Assembly (NCBI RefSeq): GCF_009914755.1
Contig: NC_060942.1
Length of the DNA stretch: 64,000 nt
Direction: 5' to 3' (one strand)
Source: the human T2T-CHM13v2.0 reference genome, Homo sapiens
Shown: positions 1 through 11,500 of the stretch, in pieces
How the letters are laid out: each line of letters begins with the position of its first letter
How positions within the stretch are numbered: position 1 is the stretch's first letter
The notes under the pieces: generated by a model
What the model was told of the DNA's origin: nothing
Seen by the model: only the letters and a program-made list of their open reading frames with translations
The model's database searches: none
Program-made: the position numbers and the translations under genes

Positions 1-1266
1 CACATGGAGGTAGCGCATAAGCACAGCGAGTCCAAGTCTGGTGAGAAACTTGAGCCTGAAAAACTGGCAGCGTGTGCACCATTTCTAAAGTGGATGAGAG
101 AGAAAACGGTGCGATGTCTGTCTTGTAAGTGCTTGGTCTCTGAGGAAGAGCTTATACACCACTTGCTGATGCATGGCTTGGGGTGCTTGTTCTGTCCATG
201 CACCTTCCATGATATCAAAGGTCTTTCAGAGCACAGCAGGAATAGGCACCTGGGGAAGAAGAAGTTGCCTATGGATTATAGCAACAGAGGTTTTCAATTA
301 GATGTCGATGCCAATGGCAACCTGCTCTTTCCCCACCTTGATTTCATCACCATATTGCCAAAGGAGAAGCTTGGGGAGCGGGAAGTCTACTTGGCAATCC
401 TGGCTGGGATACACTCCAAGTCACTGGTGCCTGTGTATGTGAAGGTGAGGCCTCAGGCTGAGGGCACCCCCGGGAGCACCGGCAAGCGAGTGTCCACCTG
501 CCCCTTTTGCTTTGGCCCCTTTGTGACAACTGAGGCCTATGAGCTGCATTTGAAGGAGAGGCACCACATCATGCCCACAGTCCACACGGTCCTGAAGTCT
601 CCCGCCTTCAAGTGCATCCACTGCTGTGGGGTCTACACGGGAAATATGACCCTGGCTGCCATCGCCGTCCATTTGGTGCGCTGCAGAAGTGCTCCCAAGG
701 ACAGCAGCTCAGACCTGCAGGCCCAGCCGGGTTTTATTCACAACAGTGAACTGCTTTTAGTCAGTGGTGAAGTGATGCATGATTCCAGTTTTTCTGTTAA
801 GAGAAAGCTGCCTGACGGCCACTTAGGGGCCGAAGACCAGCGGCATGGGGAGGAGCAGCCTCCCATCCTAAATGCCGATGCAGCCCCGGGTCCAGAAAAG
901 GTGACGAGTGTTGTGCCTTTTAAAAGACAAAGGAATGAAAGCAGAACAGAGGGACCTATTGTCAAGGACGAGGCTCTTCAGATTTTAGCATTAGATCCTA
1001 AAAAATATGAAGGCCGTTCTTATGAAGAAAAGAAGCAATTTCTTAAAGATTATTTCCATAAGAAACCATATCCTAGTAAAAAGGAAATAGAACTGTTGTC
1101 CTCACTCTTTTGGGTGTGGAAAATTGATGTGGCTTCATTTTTTGGAAAAAGAAGGTATATTTGCATGAAAGCAATAAAAAATCACAAGCCTTCTGTACTT
1201 TTAGGCTTTGATATGTCTGAACTTAAAAATGTGAAACATAGATTGAACTTTGAATATGAACCATAA
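1..1266 (+). CDS. ADNP2: ADNP homeobox 2, C-terminal part of the large last coding exon (5'-partial; the frame is open from base 1)
   Basis: 420-aa ORF with several C2H2-like fingers (CLFCPC..HSRNRH, CPFCFG..HLKERH). It has an ADNP-type homeodomain (DPKKYEGRSYEEKKQFLKDYFHKKPYPSKKEIELLSSLFWVWKIDVASFFGKRRYICMK, ~994-1173) and the C-terminus KPSVLLGFDMSELKNVKHRLNFEYEP. Stop TAA at 1264-1266. Adjacency to PARD6G matches the known ADNP2 locus. Confidence 0.96.
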   Translation, partial: HMEVAHKHSESKSGEKLEPEKLAACAPFLKWMREKTVRCLSCKCLVSEEELIHHLLMHGLGCLFCPCTFHDIKGLSEHSRNRHLGKKKLPMDYSNRGFQLDVDANGNLLFPHLDFITILPKEKLGEREVYLAILAGIHSKSLVPVYVKVRPQAEGTPGSTGKRVSTCPFCFGPFVTTEAYELHLKERHHIMPTVHTVLKSPAFKCIHCCGVYTGNMTLAAIAVHLVRCRSAPKDSSSDLQAQPGFIHNSELLLVSGEVMHDSSFSVKRKLPDGHLGAEDQRHGEEQPPILNADAAPGPEKVTSVVPFKRQRNESRTEGPIVKDEALQILALDPKKYEGRSYEEKKQFLKDYFHKKPYPSKKEIELLSSLFWVWKIDVASFFGKRRYICMKAIKNHKPSVLLGFDMSELKNVKHRLNFEYEP

Positions 1267-1973
1267 AACTTGCAAAAAAAAAAAAAAGTAACTCTAAAGT
1301 AGTAGGTAGATTTTTTTCAGTTGAAATTTCACAGTGTTGTCCTCACTGTGTTGGTGAATCAACCTCAGTGGTCACTGTGCTGCTCTGCAGAGTTACTTCA
1401 GGTGCTGGAGAGACCCCTGTTACCAGGAAGCCAGTAGTTATTTCACATCTATTGTTTCCTGCAGTTTGATTTGTAACAGAACAGTTGTTTTCAGGTTTTT
1501 TTCTCTGTCATGTAAATGAAATCTTTTGATATTTCATGCACGCCTTGTTTTCCCACTAGTGTCAGTATCGTATGATAAGAAACTGAAATCTATAAATAAT
1601 TTGCTTTTTCATTAAGGACATTTCAGCCTTTTTCAGAATACTTGATTTAACTGCGAGTGGAAGCATCGATCTCCTTCAGCTTTCCCTGTAGCAGCAGATG
1701 GTACAGTGAGTGTTCAGAGACGTGGGTACAAACCCTGTGATGTATGTATAAGGCTCCCTGAGGATGCACTGCATTAACTTACGCTGACTTCTTTGTAAGA
1801 TCTTTGCTTATAGATTATAATTTAGATCTGTATTTTTTTAGGTTTATCCTAATAGCTGTTTTTTTTTTTAACCATAACTCATAGAAAATCAAATGTTTTT
1901 ATTTGTTAAAAGTAGACTGAATTTGACATCTGGTATGCTGGTATGTAGCTCATACATCAAGAGTTATTTTACA

Positions 1974-2091
1974 AATAAATTTATTCTGTAGATGCAGAAA
2001 TATTTTTCAGTGTAGATTTTCCCTTTTGATATGCTAAGTCATTTCTCCGTTCAGAGGTAAAACAATAAATTTTTAGTGCCTTTAGAATAAA
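1974..2091 (+). terminator. Cluster of three proximal AATAAA polyadenylation signals
   Basis: AATAAA at 1974-1979, 2064-2069 and 2086-2091. Confidence 0.55.
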
Positions 2092-2777
2092 CATTGAAAG
2101 AATACACCCCAAAACTCTTCTCCTAACTTAACTACTCATAAACTAGTGAAAGGGAAGGTCTATGATACTCAGGAATAAGATTATTGCCCCTGAGTGTGAA
2201 AACTAACTTAAATTTCAGCATAGGGTTTCAGGGGACATGGCGAAGTTTACAGACTGAGATCTCAGTCTCCATGGTTGGTACAGTAAGTCTTTGACCACAT
2301 TTTCTGAAGGTCATGTTTAGTGGAGAAACGGGCTTTTCTCTAGCTGGTTTAGGCTGGAAGCTGTGTCCGGGTCGATGGGATGGCATATTGTTAAAGAATC
2401 TCCATTGTCGTCACTGTCCTGTGGATGTTAAACCTCGTTTTTTTCCCCACACGATATTAAAACTTAAAGCACCAGAACCAGTCATGGAGACCAGCCAGTT
2501 TAGATGGTAAGTCATATTTCTGGTGGTACACAGCAGAGGAACCCCTTCACTCTATCTTTAGGTAGAAATATTTGGAGGATGTGACAGCCTCTGAGAAACA
2601 TAATGTTACTATGTGGATTTTAAAAAATATAATACTTGCATGTAATTGCTATAATGTTCATATTTGAGGCAGTTGTGAAACTGGTTTATGATTGTTGGTG
2701 TACTCTGTTGTAAATTCAAAGAGAGCTTGTTGAACATTTTTTTTTTTTACCTATTGTTTTCAGAGTGTCTATTTTGA

Positions 2778-2783
2778 ATTAAA
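2778..2783 (+). terminator. Candidate distal polyadenylation signal (ATTAAA) of ADNP2
   Basis: ATTAAA with U-rich upstream and downstream context. Confidence 0.5.
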
Positions 2784-3163
2784 ATTTGTTACACCGCTGC
2801 AAATAGAACTGTTTAATTCTTTTAAAAGTTAAAACATTATTGTGAATCATAGGGATAACCTCTATATGGGAATAGATACCACATTTATTTTCTAAAAAAA
2901 CCTTACCTGTCATTTGTGTGAAAATAAGAACATAACCCAAAAGGTCTAATTACTGGGGTCACAAAATAGGTGTAACTACAGATTCCTGATGATTCTATAC
3001 TGGTAGCCCCCAAAGTGCCAAAGAAGGTATGTAACTGGGGTGTCAGTGCTGTGAAGTTTCCTTCACTGTGGCTGTGTTCAGGGTGAGTGTGGAGGAGGTG
3101 CTGATGAGGAGGCAGCTGCCGTCTGGCGTGGTTGAATCCTCACCTTCCTTTTGTTGTGTACGT

Positions 3164-3363
3164 TAGGGTTTCCCAGCCTCAGCACTGCTGACATTTTGGG
3201 TCAGGTAATTCTCTGTGGTGGGTGGCTATTCTGTCACTGTAGGATGTTGAGCAGTGTCGTTAGACACTAGTAGCACGCATGTCCCTACTCTCTCCCCATT
3301 GTGGCCACCAAAAATGTCATTACCAGGTGGTCCCTGAGGGGCAGAATCTTGTCAGAACCCTGG
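3164..3363 (-). mobile_element. MER20-like hAT-Charlie DNA transposon remnant
   Basis: agggtttcccagcctcagcactgctgacattttgggtcaggtaattctctgtggtggg... resembles the reverse complement of the MER20 consensus. Confidence 0.75.
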
Positions 3364-3676
3364 TAAAAGAGCTGATTTCTTGGTGCAGTTTAGCTGTGGT
3401 AGAACTGTTCATGCTGTCTTTAATGTTATGCTAGTTGCTGGTTACTAGTTTTTTAGGATTAGAGATTAAGATTTGATAGAAGCTGAGCTTCAAAAAGCAC
3501 ATGTGGGAGTTCTTGCAAATGTAAGAAATTTATTATTTGAAAATGAAAAAATGAGTAACAGATTAATAGTTGTGAACAAAGTTTAAACTTATTAAATTTA
3601 GAAGGAAGGAGTTTTTTAAATACAAAAAATTGTGTACTTTAAAATATTTAATCTACCTATGTAGCAGCAGCTTTAA

Positions 3677-4045
<369 letters not shown>

Positions 4046-4049
4046 TAAA

Positions 4050-4339
4050 ATTTTTTATTGTAAACAGAATCTTGCACTGGTGCCCATGCTGGGATACAGT
4101 GGTGTGATCATAGCTCACTGCAGTCTCGAACTCCTGGGCTCAAGTTGTCCTCCTGCCTCAGCCTTCTAAGTAGCTGAGGTGCCTACCCATCATGCCCAGA
4201 TTATTTTAAACAGTTTTTGTAGTGATGGAGTTTTGCTGTGTTGCCCAGGCTGGGCTTGAACTCTTGGCCTCAAGCCATGCTGCCACCCCTCAGCCTCCCA
4301 AAGTGCTGGGATTACAGGCATGAGCCACCAGGCTGGGCC
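4050..4339 (-). mobile_element. Alu (AluJ-type), diverged, directly adjacent to the previous Alu
   Basis: gatcatagctcactgcagtctcgaactcctgggctcaag (AluJ-like) with two arms. Confidence 0.88.
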
Positions 4340-4559
4340 TCTGTTACCCTTTTTTAGCAGCTATTTTAGTCTGATGACTGTTGTGTGCAGTTTCTTAGAT
4401 TCACTAAACAAAGCAGCAGTTAATTAAGCACTAATTAAGAAAACTTAGCCCCAGAACTGTCCTAATTTTCAAGGTCTTTTTAGAAAATAGCACACATGTA
4501 CTAACTGCTTGATATTGCTAGGAAAGGGGCTGCATACTTGATGATAGTCATCCTTGCTG

Positions 4560-4880
4560 CCTCCTGTGCCTGTGGCATGGCCATCAGCATGCGTTCTCAC
4601 ATTGAGTCCTACCGAGTGAGTGGTAGTCTCCCCTCTCACACCTGAGGAAATTGAGGCATGGAGGTAAATGACTTGCCTGAGGTGGAGGCCTGTGAGGGTG
4701 GACAGTGCTAGAGTGATAGCTGAGTGGCTTCTAACATGTATTATCCCATTTAAATCTCACAATAACCCTATAGGTATTAAGTTGTCTGTGTTTTCTAGAG
4801 GAAGAAACAAGCTCAGAGGCAGAGTTGGCTAGCTGTCCCAGTTTGCTAAGAACTTGAGTGATTTCTCTAGACTTCAGTGC
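4560..4880 (-). mobile_element. MIR fragments (two)
   Basis: tgaggaaattgaggcatggaggtaaatgacttgcc and atttaaatctcacaataaccctataggta resemble the MIR core in reverse. Confidence 0.55.
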
Positions 4881-7800
4881 TAAAAAGGAACCTCTTAGGC
4901 AGAGGGACAAGCTCGTTACTCCACTCAAATTTCAGTTTGCCCAGGAAGACATGTTGCTTCTCAGTGGTACAATATTATCGTTAGACCTGTACATTGCCCT
5001 TTGGGTATCAGGGTGAATAGGGCATCCTGATCCTAGACATCCTTTTTCTGGTGGTGCTGTCAACAATAACAACATAGAGATGGTTACCAGAGCAGTTCCT
5101 ATGTGCCAGGTGCCATTCTAAACATTTTGCATGTTAAATTTGATAGTGACAATATATTAGTGACGAAGAATGATAGTCCTGAGTTAGTGAAAACAACGAT
5201 AAAAAAATGCATGCAGTTTTGCTGTTTAGATTCTCTCTGCTGAATTTTCATGAACTAAGCAACAAAATTGCCATCTATGAAGTACTGCTGGAAGTTTCTC
5301 TTATGGTTATTAAGTGTCCAGTTTCTTCAAGCTAATTTCTTTTCATAGGTGGTGAAAGTAAGTGTGAGATGTTTCTGATGATGAGGGCTTACTTGGTAGC
5401 ACACCTGCTAACTCAGGCTTCTGCAAGTTCGGCTTTCTGTTGTGCAGATGCTACACCACAGCTTTAGAATTCTGATTTTTGATCATTTGTCCTAAGTACT
5501 AAGTCTTTAATATTAACTGCAAGTTTAAATGTCATTTTAGCAATATAGAGGTTATGTAGGGAAGCTGTTTTCATATTTTGTGAATGTGCCTAAAAATACA
5601 TTACTTAGAACAGTACCCAGCCCTTCACTTTCTTCAGATCCTAAACTCAGGAGTTTCTTAATTTATGATCCATGAACTCCCTTGGGTAAAAAGTGTAAAT
5701 ATGTGACCTAGAAGGTTGGAAAAATGTTAAAGTCTAGAATATTATCAGATTTTTCATAATAGAGAGTTAAAATGAGAATGTACTTAACTACCAACCTCAA
5801 AGACCTATGCTTATATGGGGACTGCTGTCTAGGAGACCACCTTATAAAGTAGATGAAACGCCAGAGCCTGTGGTGTCTGAAAGGGATCTTTAGGCCCATC
5901 ATGGTGTCCAGTTCAAAACAAATACTAATACCAGTCATTCACGCAAATGATTCAGCTGTGCATTTTGAGAGGAAAAATATATGTAAGGTTGCTAAACAGT
6001 AGCTAGTGTTGTTCTTCATGGCCTTTTAAAGAGGGTGCTCCAGACCCACTTATCTTCATTTTGCTCATCACCAGCAACATGATTTCTTTTTTTTTGCATG
6101 CTCATCTCTGAACTAAACATTATTTCTTTTAAAAAAGAAAATACATAAAGTCCTTTTCAGAAGGGAACTTTCCGATAAGAATTTAAGATATTTAAAGTGT
6201 AAACTAAACTTTGGCAGCCACATAGACGTCTATGTTTGCTGTATGCAAACTAAGCTGTGAGGTCATACTTTCAAATACAAATACAGAATTAATTGCAATG
6301 AATCAATGTATTTTTTTTCCAGAAATTGTGTAGTTTCCTACAGTTTTGAACCCATGATATGGAAAGTTTAATGTTAAATAATTTGTCATTCACCTAAAAG
6401 TGCACTAGAAAAAATAGAACATTAGCAATGAATCATAAGGCTTTAGTGGTTCAGTGGTTCTTCTGACAGTAATCTTTCTGTGTTAGATGTATGTGTATCT
6501 CGAAAGAGTCATAAAATTCATAAAAACATCCTGTGAGAGTCACAGATCCATTCACTCGTTGGACTTCCTGGCCTCCTACCAAGCAGCTTGTTTAGAATGG
6601 GAAGACTGAATATATGGAAAAACCACACAAGACAGTTTGCTGAAAATAAAAACAATTCAAACTCCAAGCATCACATATATATAATTAGGATCCCAAATTT
6701 GGACTCTTATAAGCTACAAATGCTTGAAAGAGTCCCTGTGTAGGCCCAGATTAGACGTCTCATTACAACAAGGAAAGTGATCTTTGGTCCTAAAAAGGAT
6801 GGGAGATTCATCCACCGTTTGTTATTATATTGTGGAAAACAGCTTATGAAAATAACTGGGAATTTATAAGAGGTCATTTTAAAGAGATTAGGAATTTTTT
6901 AGGGAAGGTCATTTTTGGCTATTAAAACATTTTTCTAGGTTTTATATGTGCTTTCAAATGATTAAATATATCAGTAAGACTACACGAAAGGAGAGGACAG
7001 AATTGAAGGGGAGGGCAAGGATTTTTGGAATGCACTTGGGAATTCCAAGTTCAGCCCTGCTCTGTTGCCCTGCTCTGTCCCCTGCTCCCATTTCCAGCCC
7101 CACGACCCCTTTGGGATGAAGCAGCTTGGGTGTCTAATTGTGTTGGTTCTAAGGCTGCCACTCTTCTGGTTATGTCTCACATGTTGTTAGAAAATTGATA
7201 ACCTCATCCCAGAACTGCACATTGTATTTACAGTGGTTCTCTGTACCCCCATTTCCTAGTCACAAACGACTTCACTTCTGACTTCATTTTTTATTCATAG
7301 GTGATAGTAGTGATCATCTTTGTCTAATAAGCTCCTAATTGAGAAGTGAGCAGAATACATCTGTATCAACTCCCAGTGCTGTACATTTTCTAGCCATTTC
7401 CTAGCTATTTGTAGCATCGGTTTTTTGTTTTTGTTTTTTTGCTTTGATATAATATTCCGTGTTTAACTGGTTTGATAAATTAGGGTAAAAGTTGAGATAC
7501 TAAAAATAGATGTGTTGCTACTAAAATGCTAAACATGGTTTCAGTTCAGTATCTTATGAAAAACAAAGTTCAGTATGAAATCTGTTTAGTAATAAAGTTA
7601 GACTGTCTAGGGACATCACCATGTCTATCAGTTCTTACCTATTTGAGTCCTACTTAGAAATCCTTAAAAACATTTTTAGAATGCACATGGTTTTGTCTAA
7701 ATTAAACTTCTAGTTTCCAGGGTCAAAATACTTATCCATAATGTCTGAAGGACTTGGTATAATTTAACAATATCCTGAATCTAATTTCTCAACACTAAAG

Positions 7801-9589
7801 AAGTTCTGACTATGACTACATAAGCTTCTACATCTGAGAACCCATGCCAAGTTCTTGCTCCCTTGGCCTGCTTTTCCGTTTACAAAAAGTGGGGGTGGGA
7901 GCAGTAGGATGATTCCTTCTGTGTTTCTTAAAGGTGTTTTCAGTATAATCATGTTTATTTTCCATGTGCTAGAAGTGGGGACTGGATCTTTGCCATTTCC
8001 TGAACAGTTAATTAGCAAGCTGCTTACCTGCAGTGATCTGCAAATTCATTGATGCCACACCCTGCTCTCCTGAAGGGTTGTCATGGTGGCTGCAGGCAAA
8101 GACTGAACAGGCAGATTCAGAGTTCAGAAAACAGCGTATTCCTGAGCGGGACTAGATGTCTTTTTGCTTTCTAATACAAAGTCCAGATCATTTGAACTCA
8201 GACTTCGGAGATTAGCATAACTGTCTTGATAAGTTTGCTCTCTTTACGTCTCTCTGTAACAAGGTCTTTCTGCCTGTGGTAGCCCTCCGGAGAAGTGATG
8301 TGCAGAAGAGATCACCAGGAAGAACGTGCCAGAATGATTGCTTTTATTTAAAATCTACCATCCATTAACTTAAAGGTTAAGCTGCCACCTACATTTGGCA
8401 ATGTTATATGCTTCTAACAGTGTTTTCTCACTGTTAAAATGTTTGTGCATATAATTTAAGATTATAGAGTATACCTACTCCATGAGCAAGAGTATAAATA
8501 TTTTACCATAGGGCTAATACTGCAGACCTTTCTTCCTAAAGCAGTAAAGTATCTTGGACCAAATTTCCCTGGTTATATTACCACATACATTTATCTCCTA
8601 TTAAAGTTTATATTGACTTTAGATAACATTTCCAGTAGTTGAAAGATGCTAATGAAATATAAAGGGCAACTTGCAGTCTGATAAAATTACACGATGAGGT
8701 GCTTCAGCTGTTGAACACAGTGAAGTAACTGCTGAGCTGGTTATGTCCCTTATGATTTTATTTGTATTGAGTTCATTTGAATCTTTCAAGTTGACCCTGT
8801 GTGTCTGCTTTGTTTCAGTGGCCTTAGCAGAGGTGTGCAGTACCCTTTCGTTTACGAGATTAGGGGAGTACCACAAATCTAAAACCTAAGAATAAAGGGT
8901 GAGATTAAAGCATGTTACTCTGACTCTACATCATTTTGGGTAAAATGTGATCTTCATTACTACTTTCATATATATAGGTTTCTAAAATTTGTTGAAATCA
9001 GTCATTAACGCTGGACCAGAAGAGTTCAGGTGGATTAATCTGTCATCACTGTGGGCTCTTGGGGGTATGGCTGGCTTGAGTCTGTTTAGATTGCTTCCAA
9101 GCCCTTTCTGTTGATTTTGTCCATTTTCTCTACAGCTCCTATGAGTTGGTGTTACATTGCTATTGACCAAAAGCCTGAACTGCCCTAGATATTTAAATTC
9201 TAATATTTACTTGCCAGGCGCTAATGGACACAATCATAACCCAAAATGAAAATATAGTAAATCAAATAGCTTTTTTTCTGCTGTGAATTCAGCTGGCATC
9301 TGGATATTTGAATAGACCAATTAAAAATACAAGTATCTTGGCAACTTCATTGCTACATCTTAGTGTTTAAATTACAGCAGTATTAGAGATATAAACCAAA
9401 CATACCTTATCTAACATCCCCCAAAACTCATCAATTCTAATTCTAGTTAGAAAGTCTTCAAGACTCCTGTCTAAAGCTTTGATTTGTAATAAATAGGATT
9501 AACTAAGTTTGTGCATTTATGAATAGAATCTTTAACAGTTTTTAAGAACTCTGCAAAGGATAGCATTGGTTATTAACTTGATAATTTCA

Positions 9590-9757
9590 TTAAATTTTTT
9601 TCTTGAGACAGGGTCTCACTCTGTCGCCCAGGCTGGAGTGCAGTGGTGTGTGTGATCTCGGCTCACCGTAGCCTCCGCCTCTGGGGCTCAAGCGCTTCTC
9701 CGGGCTCGGCCTTTCAAAGTGCTGGGACTACACGCGTGTGAGGCACTGTGCCTGGCC
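9590..9757 (-). mobile_element. Monomeric Alu with 15-bp target site duplication
   Basis: Single ~165-bp arm. AACTTGATAATTTCA is repeated at 9575-9589 and 9758-9772. Confidence 0.9.
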
Positions 9758-9859
9758 AACTTGATAATTTCAATAGCAAAACGGTATCCTATAGAAGGCT
9801 TGTTTCTTAGTTGGTATAAGTTGCTAAGTAATCATTAATTCAACTCGATAAACCTGGTG

Positions 9860-11500
9860 GGTTTTGTGTTTCGTTCGTGTCATTTGTGAAGCCCGACAGG
9901 AAGAGTGGAGCCCTGCGCTGTGTGCGTGCGTTTTAAAGCGTGCTGGAAACGTCTACAATGGCAGCGCAGCCAGCAGCCACGCGGCCTTGGCCACCCCCGA
10001 GCTCACGGCCGCAGCTCGGCCCGGGCCCCCTGGACGTCCGCCCTGGGCAGGGGCCGCCGCCTCCGAACGCATCTCTGCCTCCCTAGGACGAGGCAGCCGA
10101 GGGAGGAGAGCGGCCAGGACTGCGCTGTGGCTGGACGGCGGATGAGGCTTCTTTCAACAAGGCGAGTTTCAGTGAGAAATGCGTGATGCTTTTGATGTTT
10201 CAACAGAATATTGTTTCTAAGATTATGTATCTTGCACGTTTGGCACTTGAGGGGGTGCTCATCTTTTGATTCCGCTATTGAGGTAGAGGCGGGACGGGGG
10301 AAGCAGCTTTCAGTAAGACCCGCCCGCTCTTGCCCTGTCAGTTTACCATTGCCATGGCAACACCCGGAAGTTGCCGCCCCCTTTCCATGGCAACACCCTG
10401 ATGGCCGAAAGTTACTACCCTTATTCCAGAAATCTCTGCATAATCTGTCGGTTTGCATATAATTAACAGTGGCTATAAATGTGAGTGCAGCCCTGTCCTG
10501 TCCTCAGCTGCTGCCCTGGGCGCACTGCCTTGCGGGTCACTGTGGCTGCTCCTGTGCTTCAGCGGGACTAGAAGCTGCCGCCCACGGGCAGCGGGGAAGA
10601 AATCTGGGCAAAGCCATGAGCCCTCCGAGGCTGAGCTCCAGTTTAGGGGCTCACCTGCCTTGCATCGTTCCGAGTCCTGTACTGGACTGCATCAGGCCGC
10701 GTCTCCTCAGGGTGAGTACTTGTGGCCTCAGGGTAAAGGGCTTTTCTCAGGACGCGAGGCCATTGCTGGGAGAGGCAGATTAGGCTGGGGATCCGGACTC
10801 CGTTCCTAGCATCTGCTACCTCAGGACGGAGACGAACATGCTATAAAATGTTTAACCGTGTGATAACAACTCTCCTAGAAAGGAAAGGGGATGCCCCTGA
10901 GGAGACTCGGTGCTCCCCACAGAACTCCCCAGCGATCCCAGATGGGAGAAGCTGAGCTGCGCGGGCGCTGCCCTCACTCCGGGGGTGAAACGTGGCTGTG
11001 ATTTCCACAGGTGACAGAAACCAGGCAGTGATTCAACTCGTATTTGACTTTCACATTCTCCAGCAATGTTCTTCAATCTGGGAAGGGTAGAAAATTAAAG
11101 AAAGGTAAGGAGAGTTAAAAAATGAGATCATTTCAAAGTAGATGCAGTCTTGAAGCCCAAATGAATTACGAGATCCAGTTTGAAAGCTGCTGCAGAAGTG
11201 ATTTCAGAATCGCGCGGTGGCTCCGGAATGGGGAACTGCTGCTGAAAGAGGTCGGAAAGGGTGGGGACTGAATTTCGGGTAAGAGGACGCCAGTGGTTCT
11301 GGAGCACGCGGCCTTCAGCCATGCCTGCGTTCACAAGTACATTATTTCAGACTCACTCCAAGTTTACATCTCTAAGCCCATCCAAGCCATGGCAGCGCGA
11401 ACCTCTCCCTCCCCCAGCTCAAGGCCTCTGGGCCCCCAGGACAGAGGACAGAAGAGCCAGCCCCTCCTGGCTCAGGGTTGCCGGGACCCCGTGATGGCTG
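9860..11500. promoter_or_regulatory. CpG island / promoter region, likely the PARD6G-AS1 promoter
   Basis: Abrupt CpG-dense, GC-rich segment in an AT-rich neighbourhood. Contains GC boxes, ETS CCGGAAGT (10364-10371), two X-boxes and a TATA-like ctataaat (10473-10480). Confidence 0.85.
10380..10711 (+). ncRNA. PARD6G-AS1: Putative first exon of antisense lncRNA PARD6G-AS1 (start and downstream exons not resolved)
   Basis: CpG-island promoter followed by a strong donor AGG|GTGAGT (10712-10717). Alternative donors at 10481 and 11524. The identity comes from knowledge of the locus, not from the sequence alone. Confidence 0.5.

Larger units (their letters stand above)
1267..2805 (+). other. ADNP2: ADNP2 3'UTR (3' end approximate)
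   Basis: AT/U-rich, repeat-free sequence after the stop. AATAAA at 1974, 2064 and 2086, and ATTAAA at 2778. Confidence 0.7.

Noticed and set aside
1-1287. Processed pseudogene (intronless ORF followed by poly-A)
   Set aside because: The ORF is intact, ADNP-family genes have one very large last exon, the A14 has no upstream polyA signal, and a normal 3'UTR follows.
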